Origin: Mustelus asterias
Taxonomy: Eukaryota
Length of the DNA: 64,000 nt
Assembly (NCBI RefSeq): GCF_964213995.1
Contig: NC_135808.1
Coordinates: 20,522,001-20,586,000 of the forward strand
Reading direction: 5' to 3'
Shown: positions 38,248 to 51,629 of the stretch, in pieces
How positions within the stretch are numbered: the first letter of the stretch is position 1
Layout of the letters: each line of letters starts with the position of its first letter
Position numbers and translations under genes: made by a program
Notes under the pieces: generated by a model
What the model saw: the letters and a program-made list of their open reading frames with translations, nothing else
The model's database searches: none
What the model was told of the DNA's origin: nothing

Positions 38248-39824
38248 AGAAAAAACAACTGTCTAAACCTACCCCACCTCTGCTTGTTTACGCCGAAGTC
38301 CGATGAACCAAAGCCAGCTCTCACTCTACTTCCCAGTCACTCCACTGCCCGCTCCCGACGCTTCCCGCTCAAAGGTGCGGCCTGCTTTTAAACCCTCCAA
38401 AAACCTTCCCAGGCTTCTCCTGGGCCTACTTCCTGTTTTGCAAAAAAACCCCTCCGATTTTTAACACAAATTTAACTGAAAAATAAATAAATAAATCACA
38501 TGCAGGAACACACTCCCTTTCTCTCAGCCTGCTCCTGTGGAACAAATAGAACCAGGAAAATCCGAGTATGGTTCTTCAGTTAAAAGTAAAACAAAATTTT
38601 ATTTAGTAGTCACAAGTAGGCTTACATTCACACTGCAATGAAGCAACTGTGAAAATCCCCTAGTTGCCACACTCTGGCGCCTGTTCGGGGAGAATTTTAG
38701 CACGGCCAATGCATCTAACCAGTTCACCTTTGGTCTGTGGGAGGAAACCTGAGCACCTGGAGGAAACCCAAGCAGACACAGGGAGAATGTACAAACTCCA
38801 CACAGACAGTGACCCAAGGCTGGAACTGAACCCAGGTCCCTGGCACTGCGAGGCAGCAGTGCTAACCACTGTGTCACCATGCCGCCCCATAACAATAGCC
38901 ATTGAAGGGGCAAGGTCACGCCTGCTCTTTAATCTGTGCTTAGGTTAAGTTTCAGAATGTCTATATTGGCTTCCTTTTATTTTATTCATTCGTGGGATAT
39001 GGGTGTCGCTGGCTAGCCAGCATTTATTGCCCATCCCTAGTTACCCTTGGAGGGCAGTTGAGAGTCAACCACATTGGCTCTGGAGTCACATGTAGGCCAG
39101 ACTCAGTAAGGACGGCAGATTTCCTTCCTTAAAGTGAACCAGATGTTTTTTTTTCTGACAGTCGAAAATGGCCTCATGGTCATCAGTAGATTCTTAATTC
39201 CAGATATTTTTTATTGAATTCAAATTCCACCACCTACTATGGTGGAATTTGAACCCGGGTCCCAAGAATTTTATCTTTGTTTCTGGATTAATAATCTGGC
39301 AATAATACCACTCGGCCATTGGCTCCCCTCCTGGCCACTTTACACTACATTGTATGTGATGTCGATTTTTTTAAAGAAACATTCTTAAACATTTTTAAAT
39401 AAATATTCTTCTCAGACATTTCCCATTTTTGATTTCCAATTTTAGCATGATTAGACTTGGGACTGGGTTTGAACTCCAGATCTTGAGATGAAAGTCACTG
39501 TGGTCTGCCTTCGTGTCCCTTCTCTCGGAACTGCAGCGACAAACATATAATAAATTAGTAAGTCAGAAGCGATTCACTATTGACGCTATCGTTGGGGCAA
39601 AAATGTGGGTTCAAACCTGCCTTCTCAGTGCCTCTGTGCCTCTGGCTATATGGCAGAAGCAAGAACCCAAGGTCACTGATCACCTCTCCAGTGACCTCGA
39701 CTGATACTGTATATAAGTGAGGAGCTGTAATGATTTACCCCTCCCATGACACTCAATGGACCCTTGCAATGCTGCTGAGAAAGGGTGGCCTCAAGTGCAG
39801 CCACAACCTGACAAACCCCACAAG

Positions 39825-40512
39825 TTTGGGGTTCATATCCACAGATCTCTAAAGGTTGCCACTCAAGTGGATAGAGCTGTGACGAAGCCTATAGTGTGTT
39901 AGCTTTTATTAACAGGGGGTTGGAGTTTAAGAGCCGTGGGGTTATGCTGCAACTGTACAGGACCTTGGTGAGACCACATTTGGAATATTGTGTGCAGTTC
40001 TGGTCACCTCACTATAAGAAGGATGTGGAAGCGCTGGAAAGAGTGCAGAGGAGATTTACCAGGATGCTGCCTGGTTTGGAGGGTAGGTCTTATGAGGAAA
40101 GGTTGAGGGAGCGAGGGCTGTTCTCTCTGGAGCGGAGGAGGCTGAGGGGAGACTTAATAGAGGTTTATAAAATGATGAAGGGGATAGATAGAGTGAACGT
40201 TCAAAGACTATTTCCTCGGGTGGATGGAGTTATTACAAGGGGGCATAACTATAGGGTTCATCGTGGGAGATACAGGAAGGATATCAGAGGTAGGTTCTTT
40301 ACGCAGAGAGTGGTTGGGGTGTGGAATGGACTGCCTGCAGTGATAGTGGAGTCAGACACTTTAGGAACATTTAAGCGGTTATTGGATAGGCACATGGAGC
40401 ACACGAGGATGATAGGGAGTGGGATAGCTTGACCTTGGTTTCAGATAAAGCTCGGCACAACTTCGTGGGCCGAAGGGCCTGTTCTGTGCTGTACTGTTCT
40501 ATGTTCTATGTT
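39825..40512 (+). mobile_element. CR1 LINE 3' fragment
   Basis: 178-aa ORF with LVRPHLEYCVQFWSP; (gttctat)n tail. Confidence 0.92.
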
Positions 40513-43500
40513 AAACAAGTAGGTAGAAGAAATAGCATTGTTGAGTAACTAGTTCAAACCAACATTTCCCTGATCGGCAATCCTTATGTTTTCAGATCTC
40601 CAACATTCAGTTTGTTAATCTCTATCAAATTCATCTCCCTTTATTTACATCAGATGATCTCAGATTCCATTCTTAGCTGTCCCAAATGAAACCTATTGTA
40701 GAATCCTAGTGCAGAAGGAGGCCATCTGGTCCATCGAGCCTGCACCAACCACAGTCCCACCCAGGCTCTATCTCCGTAAGCCCCCAATCCTAAGGGTCAA
40801 TTTAGATGTCCAAAGCACATCTTTGGACTGTGGGAGGAAACCGGAGCACCCGGAGGAAACCCACGCAGACACAGGGAGAATGTGCAAACTCCACACAGAC
40901 AGTGGCCCAAGGCAAAAATTGAACCCAAATACCTGGCACTGTGAGGCAGCCGTGCTCATCTCTGTGCTGCACACTGTATCGTGCATCTATTCACCCAATG
41001 CCCTGCATGTTCTTCCCATCCATTGCTTATTCTCTCGGCAGTGTTTGTGGAAACAACTTTGGAAACAACATGACCGGGAAAATTAATTGGCTCACTCCTC
41101 AGATTCACCATTCCATCTATAGATCGGATCACTTGATCCCCGAAACTTTGAAAATAAATGCAATTGCAGAATGATTTCGCCTTATCTCCAATTGCGCACT
41201 AGTCATCGAATTTGTGCCAAAACTACATAGAAGGTTCCTGTAATAGTCACTAATCTTGTTGATCCTCAATTATTTGTTGTTGTTTATAATTTCAGGTGAG
41301 TCAAGCCTCTTTTATGCCTTAAGTTCAACAAAACTGGTGTGAATTCAATGCTGGAGACGTAACTGACACGTTACAGTGTCGTGAGAAGGGAGAATGTATA
41401 GGGCTATGGGACGGCATGGTGGCACAGTGGTTAGCACTGCTGCCTCACAGCGCTAGGGACCCGTGTTCAATTCTGGCCTCAAGTGACTATCTGCGTGGAG
41501 TTTGCACATTCTCCTTGTGTCTGCGTGGGTTTCCTCCGGGTGCTCCGGTTTCCACCCACAGTCCAAATGTGCACGTTAGGTTGATTGGCCATGCTAAATT
41601 GCCCCTTAGTGTGTTAGGGGGATTAGGTGGGTTACGGTGATAGGACCTGGGTGGGACTGCTGTCAGTGCAGGCTCGACGGGCCAAATCGCCTCCTTCTGC
41701 ACAGTCGGGATTTTATGATTCTATGAGAAGGTGGAGAGCAGGTTCAGACTCTATGGGCCGAAAGGCCTCCTTCTGAGCTGCAACCATTCCATGATACTGT
41801 GCCATGGATAGGACATGTGTTTGACCTAATTCAGTTACCAATTTCTACCTTCTGAACAGATCTTGCTCTGGTGAAATGGCGGTTGAAGGGTGGGGGGTGG
41901 CATTGTTACCTTCGCTGCCCGATTTCCAAACAAACTTCAATGTAATGGGGGTGGGTAAGTTGATATGTAACCAGTGTGTCGAGCAATATGTCCAGAGCGG
42001 GTGCAATGGCTGTACCTCCGCCCAATTATGCTCAATATTGAAGTCATTAGACAGCAACATCAAGGCGGGCTGTAATACCCACATTCTAGCCAGTCCTGGA
42101 ATGTGAGGGAGATATTTGCAGTCTGACAGTTGTTTAAGCGCGTTCGACCATTTCAGACTATTAAATTGGCATATCTGGAAAATGATTTCCATTCTGTCAG
42201 TTTTTGGCTGATGCACTGAATATTATTTTCCCCCATTTCGCTTTGGTAGACGGTTTAAAACCCCAATGCTCTCCACAAAAGACGAAACGTACAAAGATCC
42301 ATTTAGCAAAACATTTATGTTTTACAAATAAAATACTGATTTACAAATATCATGTTGATCGGGAGTGCAAGTGATTAAGAAAGTAGAAACAAGGAACTTT
42401 TTATTCACATGCTGTGTTCAGTGGCTGTAAAGGTCTTTGAGACGTTCTGATGAGGCGACGGGTACTTGATAAAGGAAAGTTTTAAAGTAAAGTATATTTA
42501 TTTGTCACAAGTAGGCTTACATTAACACTGCAATGAAGTTACTGTGAAAATCCCCTCGTTGCCACACTCCGGCGCCTGTTCGGATACACTGAGGGAGAAT
42601 TTAGCATGGCCAATGCACCTAACCCGGGTCCCTGGCGCTGTGAGGCAGCAATGCTAACCACTGTGACACTGTGCCGCTGGGACCGAATGGTGATGTAATA
42701 CAATCTTTGAACTTATTAAATGTTCTGACAGAGTGGATACAAAGAGAAAGTTTTCCTTTGTGGGAATGAGGCAGTCAATGTAACATTCACTAATGAATCC
42801 AGTAGGAAATTGAAGAGAATCTTCTTTCCAGAGAGAGTGGTGGGTTTTTTTTAATTATTCATTCACTGGATGTTGCTAGGCCAGATTTCTTGCCCATCCC
42901 TAATTGCCCTTAAGAAGGTGGTGACGAGCTGCCTTCACAAACCGCTGCAGTCCATGTGGTGTAGGTCCATCCATAGTGATGTTAGGGGGAGAATTCTAGG
43001 ATTTTTGACCCAGCGACATTGAAAGAATGGTGATTTATTTCTAAGTCAGGAAGGCGGGTGGTTTGGAGGGGAACCTCCTGGTGGTGTTGTTCCCAGGGCT
43101 CCGCTGTTGTTGTCCATCTAGGTGGTAGTGAGTTTGGAAGGTGATGTTCAAGGAGCCCTGGTGAGTTCCTGCAGTGCATCTTGTAGATGGTACGTACTGC
43201 TGTCACTGTGCATCAATGGTGAGGGGTGTGAATGATTGTGGATGTAGTGCCAATCAAGACGGTTTGTTTTTTCTCTGGATGGTGTCAAGTTTCTTGAGTG
43301 TAGTTTGTGCTGCACTAATTGAGGCAAGTGGAATGTGGATTTCGCTACCACAGGGCCAACATGAGGTAGATGATAAATCATAGAAAGCCTACAATGCAGA
43401 AATAGGCCATTCAGCCCATCTACTGTGCACCGACAATAATCCCGCCCAGGCCCTATCCCTGTCACCCCACATATTTACCCCACTAATCCCTCTAACCTAC

Positions 43501-43943
43501 GCATCCTGGGATACTAAGGGGCAATTTTAGCATGGCCAATCAACCTATCCCGCACATCTTGGGACTGTGGGAGGAAACTGGAGCACCCGGATAAAGTCCT
43601 GGCAGACACGGGGAGAATGTACAAACTCCACACAGACAGTGACCCAAGCCGGGAATTGAACCCAGGTCATGGAGCTGTGAGGCAGCAATGCTATCCACTG
43701 TGCCACCGTGCCTCACTACAGGAGGCATTTAATGGGAAGGTGGATACCAACGTTGGGATAACTGAGTATGGGCTTATTAAGATAGATTCAGATGAGGAAA
43801 GATGAGCAAGTTTCTAATGGAGTATTAACATTGGCATAGAGTGACAGGACCGCATGTCATCCGATGTAAAAAAATAAAATTACACCGGAACTGATAAAAT
43901 GAAAATCTGATGTGAAGTCAGGTTTTCTTGTGGGCCTCTAGGT

Positions 43944-44027
43944 TTAACATTGAAAATTGGTTTCCAGATCTTCATTTGCACATCCATCGACCTCTGCAGC
44001 TGACGGCTCAGAATCTGCTCCATTTCC
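43944..44027 (-). CDS. Gene C terminal coding exon GNGADSEPSAAEVDGCANEDLETNFQC*
   Basis: Acceptor ttaatctccgcag (44029-44028), phase 0, TAA ending at 43944. Confidence 0.6.
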   Translation of the reverse strand, partial: GNGADSEPSAAEVDGCANEDLETNFQC

Positions 44028-45567
44028 CTGCGGAGATTAAGTAGATAAAGCCATGTAGTACACTCAAGTCAGGTAAACAGTCCAGCATGAATACTGGTAA
44101 AAAGTCCTCACTCAAATGCCTTTCTGTAACTTCCAAGGTCAACACATCAAGAAGCTTATTTGAATTGCAAACTGGTCAAATATTATTTCTATGTTTTAAA
44201 CACAGTGAGACAGCCTGATCTGCCGAGTAACCTATGGAGAGCCCTATTTTACATGACTGCACTTTCTTGAAGCTTCCCTCTCAGTAGTTTAGGATAGTCC
44301 AACAGACATCTCAGGGAGCCACAGGGTGCAAATTGCGGAATTGTTTGCTATGTTTACCCGCGTCAAATTTAGTTGGTGTGGTGATATTAATTAGGGAAAG
44401 TTTGAATCATAGAATCCTACAGTGCAGGAGTACTTTGGCCAATCGAGCCTGAAGCGACAACAATCCCACCCAGGCTCTTACGCCATAAACCCATATATTT
44501 ACCCTACTGATCGCCCGGGCACTGCTCTGACACTAAGGGGCAATTTTGCATGGCCAATCCACCTAACCTGCACATGTTTGGAGTGTGGGAGGAAACTGGA
44601 GCGCCCGGAGGAAATCCACGCAGACACAGGGAGAACGTGTAGACTCCACACAGTCACCCAAGGTGGGAATTCATCCCGGGTTCTTGGCGCTGAGAGGCAG
44701 CAATGCTAACCCCTGTGCCACCATGCATATATTTTTTTAAACTACATTTTGATGAGACTCTATGAATGCTGTCTTGTGACGCAATGCTCGGGTTCCTCCA
44801 TCTAGACCAGAAGTTCTGCGTTCAAGTTCCCCCCTCAGGAATTGATGGTCATGGTTGATTAGCAGCCAGTAAATCCTTCCAATAAGCCTGATGGCAAGCA
44901 GTAAAGAGCAGGAGGGTTTACTGGTCAGCAGTACAGCAGAAGGTAACAGTAAACCACTATGGTGCATTGCCAAACATCATCGAAGAGCAATCCAAAGAAA
45001 GTCCATGTGTAATGACTTTAATCAGGCAATTAAGGTTGGCCTGTTAGAATATGAACTCCCTGATTAAGGGTCAGATTGATGGGCCAATCAGCGAGTTGCA
45101 TGCTTTGTACATAACCAGGCGTGTCAGTTCCTCTGGGACTCCGAGTGCAAACTCCACACAGACAGTGACCCAAGCCGGGAATCGAATGCAGGTCCTTTGC
45201 ACTGTGAGACAGCAGTGCTAACCACTGTGCCGCCCCATGTTAAATGTTGCAATTGTACTTGCCTCTCTCACCTCCTCACATGGCCAGCATGCGATTGATG
45301 GTGAGCTCTCTTGACTTGACTTCATTCAGCTTTTCACCTTAATTCACTTTTAGCAATATCTCTCAGTTTCCTGTACAATAATTTAATTCACTCCCAAATA
45401 AATCCGGTCGTACCCTTTACCAGAATTCCCAGCTACTGCTAACTGCTCTGTGTAGAAACACCGACTGTCAATTAGATGCGAATCTTTAACTTTGATTAGT
45501 TTGCATTAATTAACTTAAATATCAGTTTGGTTTATATAAAGGCAGGGCACCGCTATCGCTCCCTTAC

Positions 45568-45608
45568 CTGATTCACTGAGATGTCTTCAGGAAGCGGACC
45601 ACGTTTCG
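45568..45608 (-). CDS. Gene C cytoplasmic exon (A)KRGPLPEDISVNQ
   Basis: Acceptor attcacag, donor CAG|gtaagg. 41 nt, phase 1-0. Confidence 0.68.
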
Positions 45609-47904
45609 CTGTGAATTGAATCAAAGGGAAATGCATGTCAATGGCATCATATCTCAATCCTGCAAAGGACGTCTGAGAATATTGGGCGGCACAGTCGTTA
45701 GCACCGCTGCCTCACAGCGCCAGAGACGGGGGTTCGATTCCGGCCTCGGGTCACTGTCCATCTGGAGTTTGCACATTCTCTTCGTGTCTGCCTGGGTTTC
45801 CTCCGGGTGCTCCGGTTTCCTCCCACAGTCCCAAGATGTGCGGGTGAGGTAGATTGGCCATGATAAATTGACCCTAGTATCAGGGATTCGCAGGGTAAAT
45901 ATGTGGGGTTACAGGAATAGGGCCTGGGTGGGTTGGGGCCGGTGCAGACTCGATGGGCCGAATGGCCTCCTTCTGTAATGTAGGCATTCTATTATTTGTT
46001 TCATACACTTATTGCTTTAACCTAGCCTGAAAATAAAGTGTGCATTTTAAATAATATGCCAGGAGTTTCTCTCCTGGTCATTTACTGTTAACTTGTTCAT
46101 CGAAGTTTGCCTGTCGTGTTGCAGGGAAACAGATGGTGAGTGGGATTAATTGGATGGATCTTTCAAAGAACCCTCACTGGCATAGTGTGCTGAATGAGCT
46201 CCTTCTGTGCAGTGTCCCTCTCTGATAGTAGCAAGATCATGAGAGCAGAAGTGTCTCCGTTTCCCCTCCAAGATAGGTGTGACTATTTAGGCATATGTTG
46301 CCGGAATAGCAATCCAGTTTAATGCTCCAGGGACATGGGTTCAAATCCCAATTTGGAAACTGATGTCATTTAAATTCAATTAATTAACTCTGAACATCTA
46401 ACATCGGAGAATAATTACTGTGCAGAAGAGACTATTCGGCCTATCGAGTCTGCACTGACTCTGACAGAGCATCCCACCCAGGCCATATCCCTGAAAACCC
46501 ATGTATTAATGTTGCTAACCCCCCTAATCTGCATATCTTGGAACAGAATGAGGCAATTTAGCGTAGCTAATGTACCTACCCGACTCATTTTTGGACTGTG
46601 GGAGAAAACCGGAGCACCTGGTGGAAAAAACTGGAGCACCCGGAGGAAACCCATGGTTTCGGGGAGAATATGCAAACTCCACACACACACAGTCACCCAA
46701 AGCCGGGATTGAACCCGAGTCCCTGGTTCTGTGAGGCAGCAGTGTTAGCCACAATGCTAATCTCAGTTATGGTGACAGTGGAACAATTGTCAGCTGTAAT
46801 ACCAAACCACATGGCTCACTAATGGGGATGGGAATCTGGTGTTCTTACATGGTTTGGCCAGTACGTGAATTCAGTTCCACATCAGTAATGTGGTTGACTC
46901 TTAACTGCTCTCTGAAATGGCCAAACAAGCCATTCAATTACATGGGCAACGAAGGATGGTCAACAAATGCTGGTCTTGCCAGTGACACACACTTCCCATG
47001 AAAGAATAAATAATACACCTGGGTTATTTTCACACTGGCTGGATCAAAATCTTGATATTACTCCTCTACCACCACTTTGGGACAACCATCGTCATATAAG
47101 CTACCATTATCTTCTTACCCTCACAGAGTGACAGGGTTTGATAATACCCTGTTAATGTTATATGCATCCCGAAAATGAATTTACCAAACACAAAAAGGCA
47201 TGATATAGAATTTGCTCATTTTCTACCGGTGACGAGAAATTGCGAGGCTTCATCAAGCCCATTGTTACTTCACTGAAACTGACACCATCAGGACACTCTG
47301 CATATACAGAATAAGGCAGAAATCCAGGCATCACTGCCAGTGATTGTACACTTCTCCAGATGATGTGTTGCTCAGGATACTAAGGCTGTAATCAATTGGA
47401 AATCACTGAACTGGCAAGAACTTTCATTCCAGCCGAAAATCTCTCAGAAATGCACTCCTTGTTCAATGGAGCATGGTTAGGCTTCAACTTGCTGCTAAAC
47501 TATTTGCCAATCTGATAGAACCACAAATTTCTCCATAATAAAAAGCTACATTTCTAAAACATATTTTTAAAACTGTGTTGATCTTAATTTCATTTTTTTG
47601 ACCACAATCCAATCATTAATTATTTACTTTGCTATCAGAATTATTAACCTAAAGATGGCGGGGGGGGATTCAGACATTTTACATTCCAGGATTGCCGTCT
47701 GTGAGAATACTTCAGCGTGATTGGTTGCTGACATCACTGTTAATGTATGCCTGGAGATCGCTTTGACTTAAGCACCATATGCAAAGTGATATGGGGACAC
47801 CATAGAGATCGTTACATCTGGGAAGGTTACTTCGAAGGCAGCAAAATCAGAGCTAATAACTCATATGCTAATGTCATGCAGCACAAGCTGATCCAAAGGC
47901 AAGG

Positions 47905-48110
47905 AGTCTCACAACACCAGGTTAAAGTCCAACAGGTTTATTTGGAATCATGAGCTTTCAGAGCACTGTTCCTTCATCAGGTAACTCACCTGATCAAGGA
48001 GCAGCGCTCCGAAAGCTCATGATTCCAAATGAACCTTTTGGACTTGAACCTGGTGTTGTGAGACTTCTTACTATGCCCACCCCAGTCCAACGCCAATATC
48101 TTCACATCAT
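47905..48110. mobile_element. Palindromic Penelope-derived element (inverted terminal-repeat pair); a similar one lies at ~54505-54662
   Basis: gtctcacaacaccaggttaaagtccaac…gtt-like arm mirrored by …ttggacttgaacctggtgttgtgagac, giving arms of about 78 bp. Confidence 0.75.
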
Positions 48111-48534
48111 GATCCAAAGGTGTCTTTAGGCAAACCTCCGATGAGCATTCCGTGGTGAACATTTTTATTTCAGCCTCCGGTTATTTTAAGCCTCGGAGTT
48201 AAATTGGGAACTAGAATCAAATTACAGGCCGCTTTCTGCCTCTAAACATGTGGGGAATAATGTGGGGAAACATGTCTGTGGGAAGGAAGAAGTCAATGTC
48301 TAATTTCATTGCGTTCATTAAAACTGCACGTCAACCGGTGTGTATAATAGGTGAAACTGATCGGATTGCCCAGGCTGAAATTCTGTACCAACAACAGGTT
48401 TTGAATACTTATGATCATTCAGGAGAGCAAAGTCATATTCAATCAGTGAATGTTTGCCTCAATTCAGGAGGAAAGTCAAGCATTGTAAACCACTCCGGTT
48501 ACCCAAAGAACCATCTTGTTTATGTGTTATTTAC

Positions 48535-48569
48535 CTGTTACATTAAGTTCGTCGTATCCATAATCATGC
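48535..48569 (-). CDS. Gene C cytoplasmic exon (E)HDYGYDELNVT
   Basis: Acceptor ttttttctttggcag, donor CAG|gtaaat. 35 nt; only the phase 2-1 frame is open; contains YxxL. Confidence 0.7.
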
Positions 48570-48884
48570 CTGCCAAAGAAAAAAGGGGACATTTTATGTG
48601 CTTTGAGTTAAAATGCCTATTAAGAAATACTTCTAATGTCATAGGTTCCAACAAGTTTAATATGAACAAATGAACTTTATAAACTCAATTCAAACTCAAC
48701 CTTTTCTAATAAGCTATTATTACAAATTCTGGTATGAGGCTATTAAGTATTATGAGAACAAACTCAATCATACTGTTTGAATCTGCATGTGGATAATATA
48801 CATTCCTGCATTCGTAGCCAAAGCTGACCTTATCAGTATCCCAGTGGAGGATACAAGGCTACTTTGGCGTGTATGGGACATTGC

Positions 48885-50165
48885 TGAGGCCACACCAGGA
48901 ACATTGCGTGCAGTTTTGGTGTCCTTATCTGAGGAAGGATGTCCTTGCTCTAGAGGGAGTGCAGTGAAGGTTCACCAAGCTGATTCCTGGGATGGCAGGT
49001 CTGTCATATGAGGAGAGACTATGTCGGTTAGGATTATATTCATTGGAGTTTAGAAAAGTGGGAGGGGATGCCATAGAAAATTATAAAATCCTAACAGGAT
49101 TAGACATGGTAGATTCAGAAAGAATGATCCCGATAGTGGGGAATTCCAGAACTAGGTGTCATAATTTGAGATTAAGGAGTAAATCTTTTCGGACTGAGGT
49201 GAGGAGAAATTTCTTCACAAGGAGAATGGTGAATCTGCGGAATTCACTACCACAGAATGTAGTTGAGGCCAAAATGTGATGTGATTTGAAGAAGAAATTA
49301 GATATAGCCCTTGGGGCTAAAGGGATTATGGGGAGAAGGCGGGATCAGGGTATTGAATTTGAGGACCAGCCATGATCAGGCTCGAAGGGCCGAATGGCCT
49401 ACTCCTAGTTTCTATGATGTTTCTTCCTGTCTATCTATGCCCCTCATAATTTTATACATCTCAATCATGTCCCCCTTGAGTCTCCTCTGCTTCAAGGAAA
49501 TAACCCCAGTCTATCCAATCTTTCTTCATAACTAAAACACTCCAACCCAGGCAACATCTTGGTAAATCTCCTTTGCACCCTTTCAAGTGCTATCACATTC
49601 CTTCGATAATGTGCATTCCAGAACTGCACGCAATACTCTCGCTGTGACTAACACTTTATGCAGCTCCAGCATAACCTCCCTGTTCTTAAACAGTATGCCT
49701 TGACTAATAAAGGCAAATATACCATTTACCTTCTTAACTACTTTATCCATCTGTCCTGCTACCTTAAGGGACCATGTACATGCACACCAATGTCCTCAGT
49801 GCTTCCCAGGTTCCTGTTGTTCATCGTGTATTCTCTTATCTTGTTTGTCCTCACCTCACACTTATCCAGCTTGAATTCCATTTGCCGCTACTCAAGCCAT
49901 CTGACCAGCCCATCTATATCCTCCTATAATCTAAGGCTATCCTCCTCACTATTTACCATTCTTGTCAATTTCTATCCCCATGCCATATCATCCCCAACCT
50001 TACAGATCAACCCTCCTTTATATAAACCACAACAAGCAAGGGCCTCAACACTGATCCCTGCGGGACCCCATTGGACATAATCTTCCAGTACAAAAAACAC
50101 CTCGTGACCATCACCTTCTGCTTCCTGCCACTCAATCCATTCTAGATCCAATTTGCCAAATTCGA
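48885..50165. mobile_element. Two abutting CR1 fragments in opposite orientation (+ ~48885-49420, - ~49430-50165)
   Basis: GLSYEERLCRLGLYSLE and RNFFTRRMVNL on +; decayed RT on -. Confidence 0.8.
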
Positions 50166-51249
50166 TGAATTCCTGAAGCGAGAGGGGACACAGCAATAAC
50201 TGAAGTTGTTGAGCCAGTTATGTTGCATTGACTTCAAGGGGGGTCGGGGTTGGGGGGAGGGGGGGGGGGGGCGGTGGGGAACGGTGAGGTTAAAGGGCTA
50301 ATTGGATTCCACTTGTTTCTTCTGAATTGGTCCAATTGACTCTTCTACCAGGACAGATGAACAGGACGAAGATGAGGACATCTGGCTGGTGTGTTTTGTC
50401 ACAACCAATGACGGGTCGAAATCATTGCCAGATGAATGTCATCACACTTTTCTTTATTTTTGCTTCTGACAAAAGTCAGACTGCTAGACATGAGCAATCT
50501 GAGCCGGCAATGGCCTAGTGGTATTATCGCTAGATTATTAATCCAGAAACTGAGCTAATATTCTGCGGACCCAGGTTCGAATCCCACCACAGCAGATGGT
50601 GGATCTGAATTCAAGTTTTAAAAAAAATCAATCTGTAATTAAGAATCTACGGATGACGATGAAACCATTGTTGAATGTCGGAGAAATCCTTCTGGTTCAC
50701 TAAAGACCTTTAGGGATGGAAATCTGACATCCTTACTCAGTCTGGCCGGTTTGTTTTCACTGGAATGATGGAGGTTGAGGGGCGACCTGATAGACGTCTA
50801 CAAGATTATGAGGGGCATGGATAGTCAGAAGCTTTTCCCAGAGTGGAAAAGTCAATTACTAGGGGGCACAGGTTTAAGGTGCGAGGGGCAAGGCTTAAAG
50901 GAGATGTACGAGGCAAGTTTTTTTTAATACTGAGTGTGGTGGGTGCCTGTAACTCGCTGCCAGGAGAGCTGGTGGAAGCAGGTATGATACTGACTTTTAA
51001 GGGGCATCTTGTCAAATACATGTTTTTAGTTCAGTCGGGCAGCATGGTCGGTGCAGGCTTGGAGGGCTGAAGGGCCTGTTCCTGTGCTGTAATTTTCTTG
51101 TTGTTTGTTTGTTCTTACATGTGACTCAAGATCCACAGCAATGTGGTTGACTCGCAACCGCCCTCCAAGGGCAACTAGGGATGGGCAATGAATGCTGGCC
51201 AGCCAGTGACACCCATGTCCCACGAATGAATTTTAAAAAATAAACTAAC

Positions 51250-51276
51250 TCCTGTACATCATTTCCTCTCCACAAC
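51250..51276 (-). CDS. Gene C cytoplasmic micro-exon (E)LWRGNDVQ
   Basis: Acceptor taatttctgtgacag, donor GA|gttagt. 27 nt, phase 2-2, so it is symmetric and skippable. Confidence 0.5.
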
Positions 51277-51531
51277 CTGTCACAGAAATTAAAAATGCCG
51301 CACGTGCTTGGATAACCGCCATTACAGAAAACGCGGTATTTTGACAGAAAGTGCGTTTCAAGCAGATTTTCTCAAATTGTACATAAAAGGAGCTTAACTC
51401 CTTAAATGTATTTGTAAGTGTGTTGCAGTTCTGGGGAATAAAGATTTCTTTCTTGCCTTTGGGAAGACATGAGGAACTGAAAAAAGGCAAATTCGAAAAT
51501 GTGACAGGTTGGGTAAAGAGAATTGACTCAC

Positions 51532-51629
51532 TCTGAATCGTTACGTCCCACAATCACATTCAGAGAAGATACTTGTTGTAAAAGATCCATCTTTATCGTG
51601 GCGTATTGTACAGGCTCTGGTGCAGTAGT
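51532..51629 (-). CDS. Gene C cytoplasmic exon TTAPEPVQYATIKMDLLQQVSSLNVIVGRNDS, containing an ITIM consensus
   Basis: Acceptor ctttctgtttatacag, donor GA|gtgagt. 98 nt, phase 0-2. VQYATI fits (I/V/L/S)xYxx(L/V/I). Confidence 0.7.

Larger units (their letters stand above)
34122..38500 (-). mobile_element. Near-full-length CR1 LINE (5' UTR, ORF1 with Zn-finger/leucine zipper/SGNH esterase, ORF2 with APE and RT), disabled
   Basis: ORF1 pieces 37681-38247 (CxxC..CxxC, leucine heptads) and 37094-37723 (VIGDSIV..DGLHLN). ORF2 pieces 34986-37055 and 34210-35040. The 5' boundary is approximate. Confidence 0.93.
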
